The translations under genes were made by a program, and so were the position numbers. A stretch of 20,291 nt of DNA. It comes from a bacterium. GTDB lineage: Bacteria; UBA10199; 2-02-FULL-44-16; DYJF01. The stretch covers positions 1-20,291 of the forward strand of contig JBGSNL010000049.1 in the NCBI GenBank assembly GCA_041739675.1, given 5' to 3'. The notes beneath the pieces are model-generated. The model saw only the letters and a program-made list of their open reading frames with translations. It ran no database searches and was not told the DNA's origin. Shown here one piece after another: positions 9,151 to 17,793 of the stretch. Positions within the stretch are counted from its first letter, which is position 1. Each line of letters begins with the position of its first letter.

Positions 9151-10698
9151 CTATTGCTCTGGATTGGAGGCCAGATATATTTCGGCAAATTCCGATGCGA
9201 TTTCTAGACCGCGCTCCGTTTTTTTGAACGAGTCGCTTGTCATTTTATAATTATCGACGACCTTCTTTGCCGTGGCATCATCGGTCATCCCGTATTTGTA
9301 GGCCTGCATGTAGTTGAAGGCGGCATCCCCGTAATTTTTTGATTCCTCTTCCGCCTTGCCTATTTCAAAATACTCACGCGCCTTGGCGATGTCCGTTTCT
9401 GCGCCTCCCTTCAGGCGCGGCCGGGAGATTTTGACGGGTGCTCCGGAGCTCTCGGGGAACCGCATCAGGATGACGGATGGCTTCTCTGCTTTGATATCCA
9501 CGGTGTGCATGACGGTGCTTGTGCCCCCCCCGGCGACGAGCTCGATCTCATGGTGGCCTGCGGGCAGATAGAAGCGCCCGATCTGAAATTGCGCCGGCAG
9601 CGTCCGCCAGCTTCTCTCGTCCGCCTTCTCGGCGGCGGACATGGAAAGCGCCAGAAGCGCCAGCCCCACACCCGCGATCTTGCTCTCTGTGTCGTCCTCA
9701 TCCATGAGTTCGCCGCTGGCCGCATAGAGCCCCGTCTGCACGGGGAGCTTTATCATCTTTCTTATAAAACTTCTCTTCTGCCTGTCTTTTTCCGCACGAA
9801 GTATATCCTTCATTATGTTGTAGAACGGATATGTGCTCCCAACCTCCTTGCCGTCTACGACCACTTTTGCGGATTTCAGATTTTCGGGGAAAGCCCTGAC
9901 TTCGGGCATCGAGAGCGTGAACAGGCCGTTGGTGACCGTTGTGGCGACGAAGATCGGAGTTCTGCCCGCCTCTGCGATGACGATGAGCTCGCCGTTTTGT
10001 TTTCTGTAATTTTTCGAAGTCGCCCATGCGAGGGAATTTTTTGGCGGGAGGGTGGCCGTGATTCCAAGCTTTGCGCGTATGGTCTCTGCGTCATAGGCGT
10101 AATAGGGTACTTCGGATTTATGTTTCGTGAGCTGGTTGTACGAAATGAGGGCGTCGTTTATCTGCCCCAGCGTTTCCCACACAATCGCCGAAAGATATAT
10201 GGCGAATGCATTATCAAGCTCATTGGGATCAGTATATATTCTTTCCGATGTCGTGATAAGGCGTCTGACTTCGACGAGGGCCTCGTCCCATTCATCCTCC
10301 ATTATATAGTTGAGCATCCTGATGACGGGGATCATTATGCGCTCGTATTTTTCGCCGCCGTATTCTGTCGCCTCCTCGCTCCAGAGCGTGGCCGCAGTCT
10401 CCCTTGAGACGCTCTTAGGGCTGAGCGCATCGGAGAGCTCCTCGGCCTCGCTGAGCAGCTTGTTGCTTTCGCGGTATTTTCCCGCGGCGTGAAAAATCAT
10501 CCCCTTGTCAAGAAGGTACAAGAGGCGGTCGCGGCCGGCCGGCTTCACATCGTTTATGAGGACAGCGGCATCGTCAAAGCGGCCTTCGTGATATGCGTCG
10601 TGTGCGGCCCGCGCCTTGAGGTTATAGTTCGACACGCACGATGCAAGGCACGGTGCCAGAAGGAGGAAAGTCGCAGCACGAAGGATGATTCGCTGCAT
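9151..10698 (-). CDS. TPR-containing lipoprotein, COG3014-like
   Basis: Lipobox LASC; DRLLYLLDKGM, YGGEKYE, ALVEVRR and ADERSWRTLP motifs typical of the family that neighbours lpoB-like genes; extra C-terminal TPR-like segment. Confidence 0.75.
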   Translation of the reverse strand: MQRIILRAATFLLLAPCLASCVSNYNLKARAAHDAYHEGRFDDAAVLINDVKPAGRDRLLYLLDKGMIFHAAGKYRESNKLLSEAEELSDALSPKSVSRETAATLWSEEATEYGGEKYERIMIPVIRMLNYIMEDEWDEALVEVRRLITTSERIYTDPNELDNAFAIYLSAIVWETLGQINDALISYNQLTKHKSEVPYYAYDAETIRAKLGITATLPPKNSLAWATSKNYRKQNGELIVIAEAGRTPIFVATTVTNGLFTLSMPEVRAFPENLKSAKVVVDGKEVGSTYPFYNIMKDILRAEKDRQKRSFIRKMIKLPVQTGLYAASGELMDEDDTESKIAGVGLALLALSMSAAEKADERSWRTLPAQFQIGRFYLPAGHHEIELVAGGGTSTVMHTVDIKAEKPSVILMRFPESSGAPVKISRPRLKGGAETDIAKAREYFEIGKAEEESKNYGDAAFNYMQAYKYGMTDDATAKKVVDNYKMTSDSFKKTERGLEIASEFAEIYLASNPEQ

Positions 10699-10704
10699 GA
10701 TAAG

Positions 10705-11307
10705 TTAGGGCCGAACCGTTTTTCTCTTGAACGCTTTTTTGAGTTCGACCTCATCGGCCCAGAGGATCGCCGACGATTCAAGATCGGTCACTTCCATTGT
10801 TGTCTTGTAATAGACGATCTCCTGTTTTCCCACAGGCTGTTTTATGGACGCGATGTGGCCCGATATTAGCCAGTCGGCGCCGATCTGTTTGCCCTTCATC
10901 TTTGCCGTCTCGGGGCTCACGTAGCCGGAGGCCTGGTATTCGTACTCTTTTGCCATCTCTTTTCTCAGACGCTCATTCAAGAAAACGAACTGTTTTGTCT
11001 TCAGGAGCTTGGTGCGCATCATGTTCGTGAGAGAAAGTATGTCGATGTGCTCGTCCGTGCCGTTCGTGAACAGACTTATGATGACGGCCGGCTTTTTGTG
11101 TGCCGTAGTGACCAGCTCGCTTCCAAGAAGCGATTGCGTGAGTTGATCCGATATCGTCTGCAGATCGGCCTCGACAAACTTGTCGCTCAAAAGCTTCACC
11201 TCTTCGGGATCGATGTACTTGCCCTTCGTGTAAACCTTTTTCTGCGCGCAGGAAAAAAAGGCGAAGGTCAACGTTAAGGCAAAAGCTAATGCAAAGATTC
11301 TTTTCAT
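10705..11307 (-). CDS. lpoB: LpoB-family lipoprotein (penicillin-binding protein activator-like / CsgG-like fold)
   Basis: Lipobox FFSC; NGTDEHID, GKQIGADWLISG, VYYKTTMEVTDLES..ILW pattern. Confidence 0.8.
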   Translation of the reverse strand: MKRIFALAFALTLTFAFFSCAQKKVYTKGKYIDPEEVKLLSDKFVEADLQTISDQLTQSLLGSELVTTAHKKPAVIISLFTNGTDEHIDILSLTNMMRTKLLKTKQFVFLNERLRKEMAKEYEYQASGYVSPETAKMKGKQIGADWLISGHIASIKQPVGKQEIVYYKTTMEVTDLESSAILWADEVELKKAFKRKTVRP

Positions 11308-11316
11308 TTGTTCCTC

Positions 11317-12351
11317 CTAAAATGTTTCCAGTATTTTGTCTGCGATTGTCTTCTGGACGTGTCTTCCGAGTGCCCTGATGGCAGATTTCGAAGCCATCGT
11401 TTCGACTTTTTCGTTTGCGGAAACGGACCACGTGAGGGCGCCGATGCTCTCATCGGTCTTCGGATTTTTTATTTCAAGATCCAGGTCGGCCTGATAGACC
11501 TGAACCTTGAGGTCCGGGCCCATGTCCATCTCCCCTTTGTAATTCAGATCGGTGGTTCCGAGAAGCAGATAACTTTGCGCGCCCGTCTCGGTTTGTCCTT
11601 TTGTGATAAAACCGCCCTCGGATAACCCCTCAACAACGTACGGTCTGACGGAGGCTGCGGGTCCCTCGATCTTCACTTCAAATCTCACCAACCTTTTCAG
11701 TCCGCCCAAAATTGTTTTTATCGCGGCTTGATGGCTCATCTGAGGTTCTATTGCGCCCTCCAGAATTGCGATCAGCTCGTTTTTGTCGTCGATCTGGGAT
11801 GCGAGCCTGAGTGCCGTGTTGTAATGGCGGATCGAGAGAAGGATCTCTTTTTTGTCCTGATAGCTTTTTGCCGTATCGGTTTCCACCGACAGTTCCCCTT
11901 TGAGGATTTCCGCCTGCTTCTGAATCCTTTCGGCAGCCATCGGCCTGTCGAGGACGGCCAAAGCATAAGTCATCTTGTTTTTTTTGTCGGTGTAGTACTC
12001 TTTTATTTCGACGCCCTCCAATATCTCGTTTGTGCTCGCGGTCACGACGTCAGTTTGGGTCGATTGAGTCTCCGGAGTTTTCTTGCCGCTTATCACCGTT
12101 CTCTTTGCGACCGTCGTGGACTGGATCTCAATCCGCATTGACTTTGCGATCTCCGCCCTGGCCCTGTCGGCTGCCCACCCCAACTGCTGCTTGGGCCCGC
12201 CCTTGTCGGCCGCCACGGCCCCGACTCCAATGAAATAGCGGGGCGGGGAATATTTTTTTGACTGTCCGTCTATCCAGTCGGGTGCTTTCTTGGCCCATGC
12301 GCTGGGCAGGACCATCGCCATCAATGCCACGAATATCAGAATTCTTTTCAT
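11317..12351 (-). CDS. LPP20-domain exported protein
   Basis: SPI-type signal (AWA), PDWI..YFIGVG, AADRARAEIAK, ILEGVEIKEYY..TYALAVLD. Confidence 0.7.
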   Translation of the reverse strand: MKRILIFVALMAMVLPSAWAKKAPDWIDGQSKKYSPPRYFIGVGAVAADKGGPKQQLGWAADRARAEIAKSMRIEIQSTTVAKRTVISGKKTPETQSTQTDVVTASTNEILEGVEIKEYYTDKKNKMTYALAVLDRPMAAERIQKQAEILKGELSVETDTAKSYQDKKEILLSIRHYNTALRLASQIDDKNELIAILEGAIEPQMSHQAAIKTILGGLKRLVRFEVKIEGPAASVRPYVVEGLSEGGFITKGQTETGAQSYLLLGTTDLNYKGEMDMGPDLKVQVYQADLDLEIKNPKTDESIGALTWSVSANEKVETMASKSAIRALGRHVQKTIADKILETF

Positions 12352-12932
12352 TGGACACCGCCATCAGTTATCGTTTTTTCGACGATCGGAGTTTCCATCT
12401 CTTTCAATTTTACGATCGCTTCGTCTGTTTTCGCTTTTATTTTAGCGTCGACATTGGGGCTCTCCAGCACGGAGTTTTCGTAATTTTCATATATTCTTTC
12501 GAAGAAATAATTCATGTCGACTTTGATCAGAGACTTGTACTGTTTCTTTTCGTAACGCCTCGCGACTATCACGGCCCCCAAGAGCGTTTCGTTGGAGGAG
12601 TTTTCGACGATGCTCCGGGAAATTGCGTAGTGATGTGTTCTCACCTCTTTCATGTAGTTGGAAACTAGGGACTGCATGAAGTTTGCGACCTCGGATCTTG
12701 CGTTGAGATCCGCGCTCTTTCTCTGATCGAACTTGTTTTTCCATTCAGGGTTGGAATAACCGATGGCCATGAATATCTTCTCTTTCGGATCCCACGAATC
12801 GCCTTCCTTTTTCCACCATTTTCCCTTGGGATCTAGGTTCTGCCCCCAGTGCTCGTCCTTGGCGCATCCCATAATGAGAGAGGCCGCCATGAAGATGAGA
12901 AGTGCCGCTGCGAAACGTCTTTTTGTAATCAT
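12348..12932 (-). CDS. LPP20-like lipoprotein
   Basis: Lipobox IMGC, AIGYS, ADLNARSEVA, TLLGAVIVAR; ATGA-type overlap with the downstream gene. Confidence 0.7.
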   Translation of the reverse strand: MITKRRFAAALLIFMAASLIMGCAKDEHWGQNLDPKGKWWKKEGDSWDPKEKIFMAIGYSNPEWKNKFDQRKSADLNARSEVANFMQSLVSNYMKEVRTHHYAISRSIVENSSNETLLGAVIVARRYEKKQYKSLIKVDMNYFFERIYENYENSVLESPNVDAKIKAKTDEAIVKLKEMETPIVEKTITDGGVQ

Positions 12933-12950
12933 ATAGGACTCCTTAAGTTG

Positions 12951-14435
12951 CTATTTTTGCATCGTGTATTCCAGGCACGCGCCGCAATTCTGCAATATAA
13001 ATTGATCCGGCACGACAGCGCCGACTTCACACTTCACGCACGCCGAACCGTTGATAGATCCTGCGACGCAGAGATCGTTCACAAATGTGAAAGATATTTG
13101 ATCCGTTCCGCTGGTGAAGGTGTAAACGGGTCCCGATCCCGTGAATGTTGAGATGGTGGATAGCGGACAGACTCCTCTTCCCGATACCCTTATGTAATCG
13201 CCTGCCTGGGAAACGCCGCCGAAACATTCGAGAAGCGTGTTCGTATCGGGTTTTTCAAGTGTCGTTACGAGACTTTCGCATTCCGCCATGTCGAAAGCGG
13301 ATGCGTCGACGTCAGAGAAGGTTCGATCCGTCGGCGCCTCGCAATCCCATATGTTTTGAAACGCGACCGCCTGTCTCACGGAGTCGCCCAGATCGGTTGA
13401 AGGCAGGGCTTGGCCTGACACGTCGCCGAAATAGCTCACCGTTGCGGAGTCTATGATCGTCGGGAAAACCTCTTTCGGGTTGAACGCCTGCAGATCCTCG
13501 TAGCTGCCCTGTCCGTTGTTGTACAGTGCCTTCGATGCGCCGTTCGTTGCGGTGTACATGGAAAAAATTGCGCTCTGCGGGAAAGCCGGAACGTCATACA
13601 CGCTCGTAATCGATTGCTCGGCAACACCCAGTGAGGCGTCGAGCGCTGTGTGTGTGAACGCGGCATTGAAAATGTCATCGAATGTTGTGGCGTCAGTGAC
13701 GTCCTCCGTGGATGGATTTGCGCCGCGGTTAGCCGTGAAGTTGGCGGAAGACGCCTTGCTCCAGTCGAACGCGCTTTCAAGATCCGAGGCAGAGTTCATG
13801 ACGATTTCAAAAGACGCACTTTCGAAAGCAACAGGTGTGCCGCCGATGTTGTGGGCAACTGTGCTTCCCGACCACGTGTGGGTCGATATGATCCCGGTGA
13901 CTTCAAAGTGGTTCGTCCTCTTGAACGAAGCGCCGTCGGCACTCTGGCAAGCGTCTATTTTTAGCGTGTTCGCCGTGCCGTCGGAGATGTTGCCTATCCT
14001 GAGCCTCAGACTCTTGATGCCTGTGACGGATGCGAAGGAATCTCTCATTCCGATCTTGTAATAGCCGTAAGAATTCGCCGTGTCCCCCTCCATGAGGGGA
14101 ATGAAGAATGAGGGCGTCAGAGCCTGCGCCTTCTTTATGATGCAATTAGAAAGCTCCGCCATTTTCAGCGAATCGTTTAGAGTGGGCTTATAGAATTTGG
14201 TCGACATGCAGCCCGTGGAAGACGGGTCGCCGACGACGAACGAGTCTTTACTTACCGATCCGGACGGCGGAGATACAATGTCTATGCCGGAAATGTCGAC
14301 AGTGGGCACGGAAGAGGCTTCATGAACGATCACGGTGTCCCCGATGCCCATGCTGGAAGTTCCGCCGCTGCATGAGAAATAGACAGCGATCCCGGCAAGA
14401 ATAAGAAAAATTGCGATTATCTGAAATTTTCTCAT
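12951..14435 (-). CDS. Hypothetical Cys-rich, Ser/Thr-rich lipoprotein (494 aa)
   Basis: AAGGAGG RBS, signal peptide with lipobox-like YFSC, 13 Cys including C-terminal CVKC and CGAC. Confidence 0.75.
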   Translation of the reverse strand: MRKFQIIAIFLILAGIAVYFSCSGGTSSMGIGDTVIVHEASSVPTVDISGIDIVSPPSGSVSKDSFVVGDPSSTGCMSTKFYKPTLNDSLKMAELSNCIIKKAQALTPSFFIPLMEGDTANSYGYYKIGMRDSFASVTGIKSLRLRIGNISDGTANTLKIDACQSADGASFKRTNHFEVTGIISTHTWSGSTVAHNIGGTPVAFESASFEIVMNSASDLESAFDWSKASSANFTANRGANPSTEDVTDATTFDDIFNAAFTHTALDASLGVAEQSITSVYDVPAFPQSAIFSMYTATNGASKALYNNGQGSYEDLQAFNPKEVFPTIIDSATVSYFGDVSGQALPSTDLGDSVRQAVAFQNIWDCEAPTDRTFSDVDASAFDMAECESLVTTLEKPDTNTLLECFGGVSQAGDYIRVSGRGVCPLSTISTFTGSGPVYTFTSGTDQISFTFVNDLCVAGSINGSACVKCEVGAVVPDQFILQNCGACLEYTMQK

Positions 14436-14562
14436 TTATCCCTCCTTATGAAGCGGAAGGTATACTAGTCCATAATATAATACTGGGCAATTATAAGTTT
14501 TTGAGGTTGAAGTTTGCTTCAAGATGCAGCAAATTGGGCCCAACCGAGACGGGGGGGGAGCT

Positions 14563-14838
14563 ATGGTTAGAAAGATACTGCTTGGCATCTTTATCGTGGG
14601 CCTGCTCGTGGCATGCTCCAGGACGATCACGCAGGAGCAATATATCGGAGCGATGACAGCCCTGGGATGTAAAAACATGACAGAGAGAAGCCCGGGGGCC
14701 GCGGCTGTTCTGAAAGAGGCTGGCGTCGCCGGCGATCAGATAGTGGTCTTCAGAAAAAAGATGGACCCCAAGAAGACGACAGAGGTTTCAATGGAAATCG
14801 CGCGCCGCGTGATGGAGTGCCACGGCGTCAAAAAGTAG
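14563..14838 (+). CDS. Small hypothetical lipoprotein (91 aa)
   Basis: GGGGAG RBS before ATG 14563, lipobox LVAC, two further Cys. Confidence 0.7.
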   Translation: MVRKILLGIFIVGLLVACSRTITQEQYIGAMTALGCKNMTERSPGAAAVLKEAGVAGDQIVVFRKKMDPKKTTEVSMEIARRVMECHGVKK

Positions 14839-14846
14839 GTGGAGAG

Positions 14847-15926
14847 ATGACAATTAAAACTATCGGAATTTTGACCGGCGGCGGGGATTGTCCGGGTCTC
14901 AACGCGGCGATCAGAGCGGTTGCAAAGACCGCCATCCATGATTGCGGCTGGGAGGTGAAGGGCATACTGGACGGCTTTGAAGGTCTGGTCACCGGAAAAT
15001 CCAAACAGCTCGAGTCTTCCGATGTATCAAATATTTTAACGCTCGGCGGGACGATTTTAGGCACATCGAACAAGGCCAATCCATTTTCCTTTTCGCAAAA
15101 CGGCGGTAAGCCGAAAGATCTATCAGGTCTCGCTGTCGAGAACCTGAAAAAATGGAAGATAGACGCGCTATTTTGTATCGGCGGCGACGGCACGCTTTCC
15201 ATCGCGAATAAGCTCCGCGGAAAGTGGGAGAATATAATCGGCATTCCGAAGACGATCGACAACGATCTGAAGTGCACGGAGCAGACGTTCGGTTTCGACA
15301 GCGCCTGCAATTTCGTTACTCAGTCGATCGACCGCATCCATTACACGGCCCAGTCGCATCACCGCGTGATGGTCATCGAAGTCATGGGCAGATATGCGGG
15401 CTGGATAGCATTGCAGGGCGGGCTCTCCGGCGGCGGAGACATTATTTTGATACCGGAGCTGCCGTTCAGTTTTGAGAAGATTACGGAAGCCGTCAAAAAC
15501 CGTTCGAAGCAGGGAAAACGTTTTTCCATCGTGATCGCGGCTGAAGGCGCGCATCCGGCCGGTGAAGACTATGAGGTCAAAAAAGTGGTGGCGGACAGCC
15601 CCGATCCCATAAGACTCGGCGGAATCGGCGCGAGGATCGCGGATCACATAGAAAAAACTACGGGTCACGAGTCGCGTGTCACGGTTCTTGGCCATCTGCA
15701 GCGCGGAGGATCGCCGTCGTTTGTCGACCGTCTGCTCGCCACGGCTTACGGCATAGCCGCGGTCAAGTTTGCCTCAAAAAATATGTTTGGAAAGATGGTG
15801 GCGTTAAAGGAGCGCGACATTGTACCCGTGGATCTTGAAGAGGCCACATCCGGCTTGAAGCTAGTGCCGGCAGATCACAAGCTCATCAAAGCCGCGCTTT
15901 CACTCGGCACTTCGTTTGGGGTTTAA
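14847..15926 (+). CDS. pfkA: 6-phosphofructokinase (PfkA family, probably ATP-dependent, group III type)
   Basis: TGGGDCPGLN, GGTILGT, IGGDGT, PKTIDND, EVMGR, LGHLQRGG; GGAG RBS before ATG 14847. Confidence 0.93.
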   Translation: MTIKTIGILTGGGDCPGLNAAIRAVAKTAIHDCGWEVKGILDGFEGLVTGKSKQLESSDVSNILTLGGTILGTSNKANPFSFSQNGGKPKDLSGLAVENLKKWKIDALFCIGGDGTLSIANKLRGKWENIIGIPKTIDNDLKCTEQTFGFDSACNFVTQSIDRIHYTAQSHHRVMVIEVMGRYAGWIALQGGLSGGGDIILIPELPFSFEKITEAVKNRSKQGKRFSIVIAAEGAHPAGEDYEVKKVVADSPDPIRLGGIGARIADHIEKTTGHESRVTVLGHLQRGGSPSFVDRLLATAYGIAAVKFASKNMFGKMVALKERDIVPVDLEEATSGLKLVPADHKLIKAALSLGTSFGV

Positions 15927-16163
15927 GCCAAAATTGTTCGTTTCTTTGTTCTTCTCCTTGAGTTGCTCTTTGCGTCTGCGGTACCACCATCTCAAGAATT
16001 TGAGCGCCCCCCATGACATGATAAGAAACAGGCAAATCCACGGGATCGCTGCGAACAAAACGACGATCATGAAGGCGAACGATTTCAAAAATGCCTCAAG
16101 CGCGCGCGCGGGAAGGTCGAGAAATTGATTCAGTACAATTGCCGATAAAAAAATGGTTGGCAT
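15900..16163 (-). CDS. Small hypothetical membrane protein (87 aa)
   Basis: GGGGGA-TGCC-ATG start context, long hydrophobic stretch followed by a basic tail (WWYRRRK); 27-nt convergent overlap with pfkA. Confidence 0.5.
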   Translation of the reverse strand: MPTIFLSAIVLNQFLDLPARALEAFLKSFAFMIVVLFAAIPWICLFLIMSWGALKFLRWWYRRRKEQLKEKNKETNNFGLNPKRSAE

Positions 16164-16272
16164 GGCATCCCCCGTCAAGTTTGAAAAAGCGTGGAGAAAA
16201 TATCAGCCTGGGCCAGTAAGTTCAAGAAAAAGAATTGCGCATGTGTTGTGAATTTGTTAACTTAGCCACACT

Positions 16273-16575
16273 ATGCCAAGGGGGATAATCCAACAACCCG
16301 ATCGTCCGAAAGGCCCCACGGCGGGCTATCCTGAAATCGAGCGTCTGATCGAGACGGAAGATTTTTCCGAGGTCAACGTGAAATTCAAGGAAGCCTACGA
16401 CAAGTTAGACGAGATAGCCAAGCACAAGCGCGGCCTGAAGAAGAGCCGTGAGGCGAAAAAGGCGATGAAGTCTTTGGATCTCGTGATGGATCTTTTCCGG
16501 GAGCTTCTCACCATCAAGTACCGTCTTCAGGAAATAGTCGCCGCGCATCAGTCAAAAAATCCCTCCAAAGCCTGA
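16273..16575 (+). CDS. Small helical protein, candidate YscE/CdsE-like needle co-chaperone
   Basis: 100-aa predicted helical hairpin, first gene of an E-F-G-like triad upstream of sctJ. Function inferred from synteny. Confidence 0.55.
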   Translation: MPRGIIQQPDRPKGPTAGYPEIERLIETEDFSEVNVKFKEAYDKLDEIAKHKRGLKKSREAKKAMKSLDLVMDLFRELLTIKYRLQEIVAAHQSKNPSKA

Positions 16576-16590
16576 TGGCATAATTCTTGC
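16576..16590 (+). promoter_or_regulatory. Putative sigma54 -24/-12 promoter
   Basis: TGGCATAATTCTTGC: GG-N10-GC with TGGCA and TTGC flanks. Confidence 0.55.
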
Positions 16591-16627
16591 GATCCGGTGC
16601 GGCTTTTTTCCGCTAATTTCATAATAT

Positions 16628-16640
16628 AATCAATAATTTA
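16628..16640 (+). promoter_or_regulatory. IHF consensus site
   Basis: AATCAATAATTTA = WATCAA-N4-TTR in an AT-rich intergenic tract. Confidence 0.5.
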
Positions 16641-16690
16641 TATGGCTTTGTGCTCAGGAAAATATTATATATAATGATGTTGTGAAGGGC

Positions 16691-16722
16691 GCAACTTTCG
16701 GTATCGGGCCGGCCGATAATAA
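16691..16722 (+). promoter_or_regulatory. Sigma28 (FliA)-type promoter, copy 1
   Basis: GCAACTTT-N13-GCCGATAATAA, with a canonical sigma28 -10 GCCGATAA; same architecture at 18777. Confidence 0.75.
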
Positions 16723-16754
16723 GAGTGAGGGGTGAATCTTTAGGAGACCGATTT

Positions 16755-17279
16755 ATGGAACCAATCAACATAAAAGCCATTCAGGCAAATGCGATTAGAA
16801 GCTCCGGCCCAAAGGCGGTCGGTACGAAGAGCTTTGATGACTTTTTAGGAGCGGTAGACGCGATGAGCGGAGCCGCAACGACGGCGGGCCAGATGTACGG
16901 TCCGGTCAATGCCAGTACCGTTCTGTCATCGGCTTTTTCCGGCGTCAGCCAGTTGAGCGCAATGAGCGCTCCGTCTTATGCTTCGGGGGCGGGAATGGGC
17001 GGAGTGAGCTCGCCCGGTTATATGGGTTATGGCAAATCCTCCAGTGCGTATCTCTCTTCGTCAATTGCTGGCACCGATTCAACATCTGTAATTCCGGGTA
17101 CCGACGGGTACTCACAGGCGGATATGATCAACACTATGAACCAGAACAACCTGCAACTTTTGGAATTGCAGGCGCTCATGCAGAGCAACATGCAGTCGTG
17201 GAACACGAAATCCAATATTTTATCGGCAGATCACCGTGCGCGCATGGCGATGATTGAAAAGTTCACGGCGCGCGGATAA
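16755..17279 (+). CDS. Putative T3SS needle/filament (SctF/EspA-Bsp22-class) subunit, 174 aa
   Basis: AGGAG RBS; Gly/Ser-rich N-part; C-terminal amphipathic helix NNLQLLELQALMQSNMQSWNTKSNILSADHRARMAMIEKF; lies between E-like and G-like genes. Confidence 0.6.
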   Translation: MEPINIKAIQANAIRSSGPKAVGTKSFDDFLGAVDAMSGAATTAGQMYGPVNASTVLSSAFSGVSQLSAMSAPSYASGAGMGGVSSPGYMGYGKSSSAYLSSSIAGTDSTSVIPGTDGYSQADMINTMNQNNLQLLELQALMQSNMQSWNTKSNILSADHRARMAMIEKFTARG

Positions 17280-17306
17280 TCGATTGAGGTCCCTTTAATG
17301 GGTTGT

Positions 17307-17348
17307 AAAAACCCGCGGTTCGCGTATAATGCGACCCGCGGGTTTTTT
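17307..17348 (+). terminator. Intrinsic terminator (17-bp inverted repeat including A/T tails, 1 mismatch)
   Basis: AAAAACCCGCGGTTCGC-GTATAAT-GCGACCCGCGGGTTTTT(T), 27 nt after the stop of 16755..17279. Confidence 0.7.
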
Positions 17349-17364
17349 ATCAAAGGGGGAATTC

Positions 17365-17793
17365 ATGATCGACATCGATAGAAAATATCTCGTCGTTATG
17401 ATGGAGGCCGGCTACGTCTATCTGGGAATGCAAAAATTCAAGGAGGCGTACCAGGTCTTCGAGGGTGTTGCAGCAATGGCGCCGGATAGCGACATACCCC
17501 TCGTGGCGTTGGGAGGTGTCGATTTTTGCCTGGGCAGATTTACGAGCGCGATCAAATGGTACAAGAAGGCCTTGAAACTCGATCCCACAAGCATATTTGC
17601 AAAGGTCTACATCGGCGAATCGCTTTTCTTTTCGGGAAAGAAAGATGACGCGGTCGCAACGCTTGGCGAAGTGAGCCGCGAAGATCCTTCAGGCGGCGCC
17701 GGCGATTTTGCCCGCGCCCTTCTTGATGCGATAAATCAGGGATTCACACCAAAGATGCTGGCCGGTTTCGAGGCCCCAAAGGGAGCAACATGA
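17365..17793 (+). CDS. TPR protein, SctG (YscG/CdsG)-like T3SS needle chaperone
   Basis: GGGGGA RBS; TPRs (MMEAGYVYLGMQKFKEAYQVFEGVAAMAPDS, AIKWYKKALKLDP); translationally coupled to sctJ. Confidence 0.65.
   Translation: MIDIDRKYLVVMMEAGYVYLGMQKFKEAYQVFEGVAAMAPDSDIPLVALGGVDFCLGRFTSAIKWYKKALKLDPTSIFAKVYIGESLFFSGKKDDAVATLGEVSREDPSGGAGDFARALLDAINQGFTPKMLAGFEAPKGAT

Noticed and set aside
9505..10407. 300-aa + strand ORF
   Set aside because: Antisense shadow of the 515-aa lipoprotein gene with no recognisable motifs. The same applies to the other short overlapping ORFs in the track.
16141..16148. Third sigma28 promoter (GCCGATAA)
   Set aside because: No GCAACTTT or TAAA-like -35 at the matching distance, and it lies within an opposite-strand ORF.
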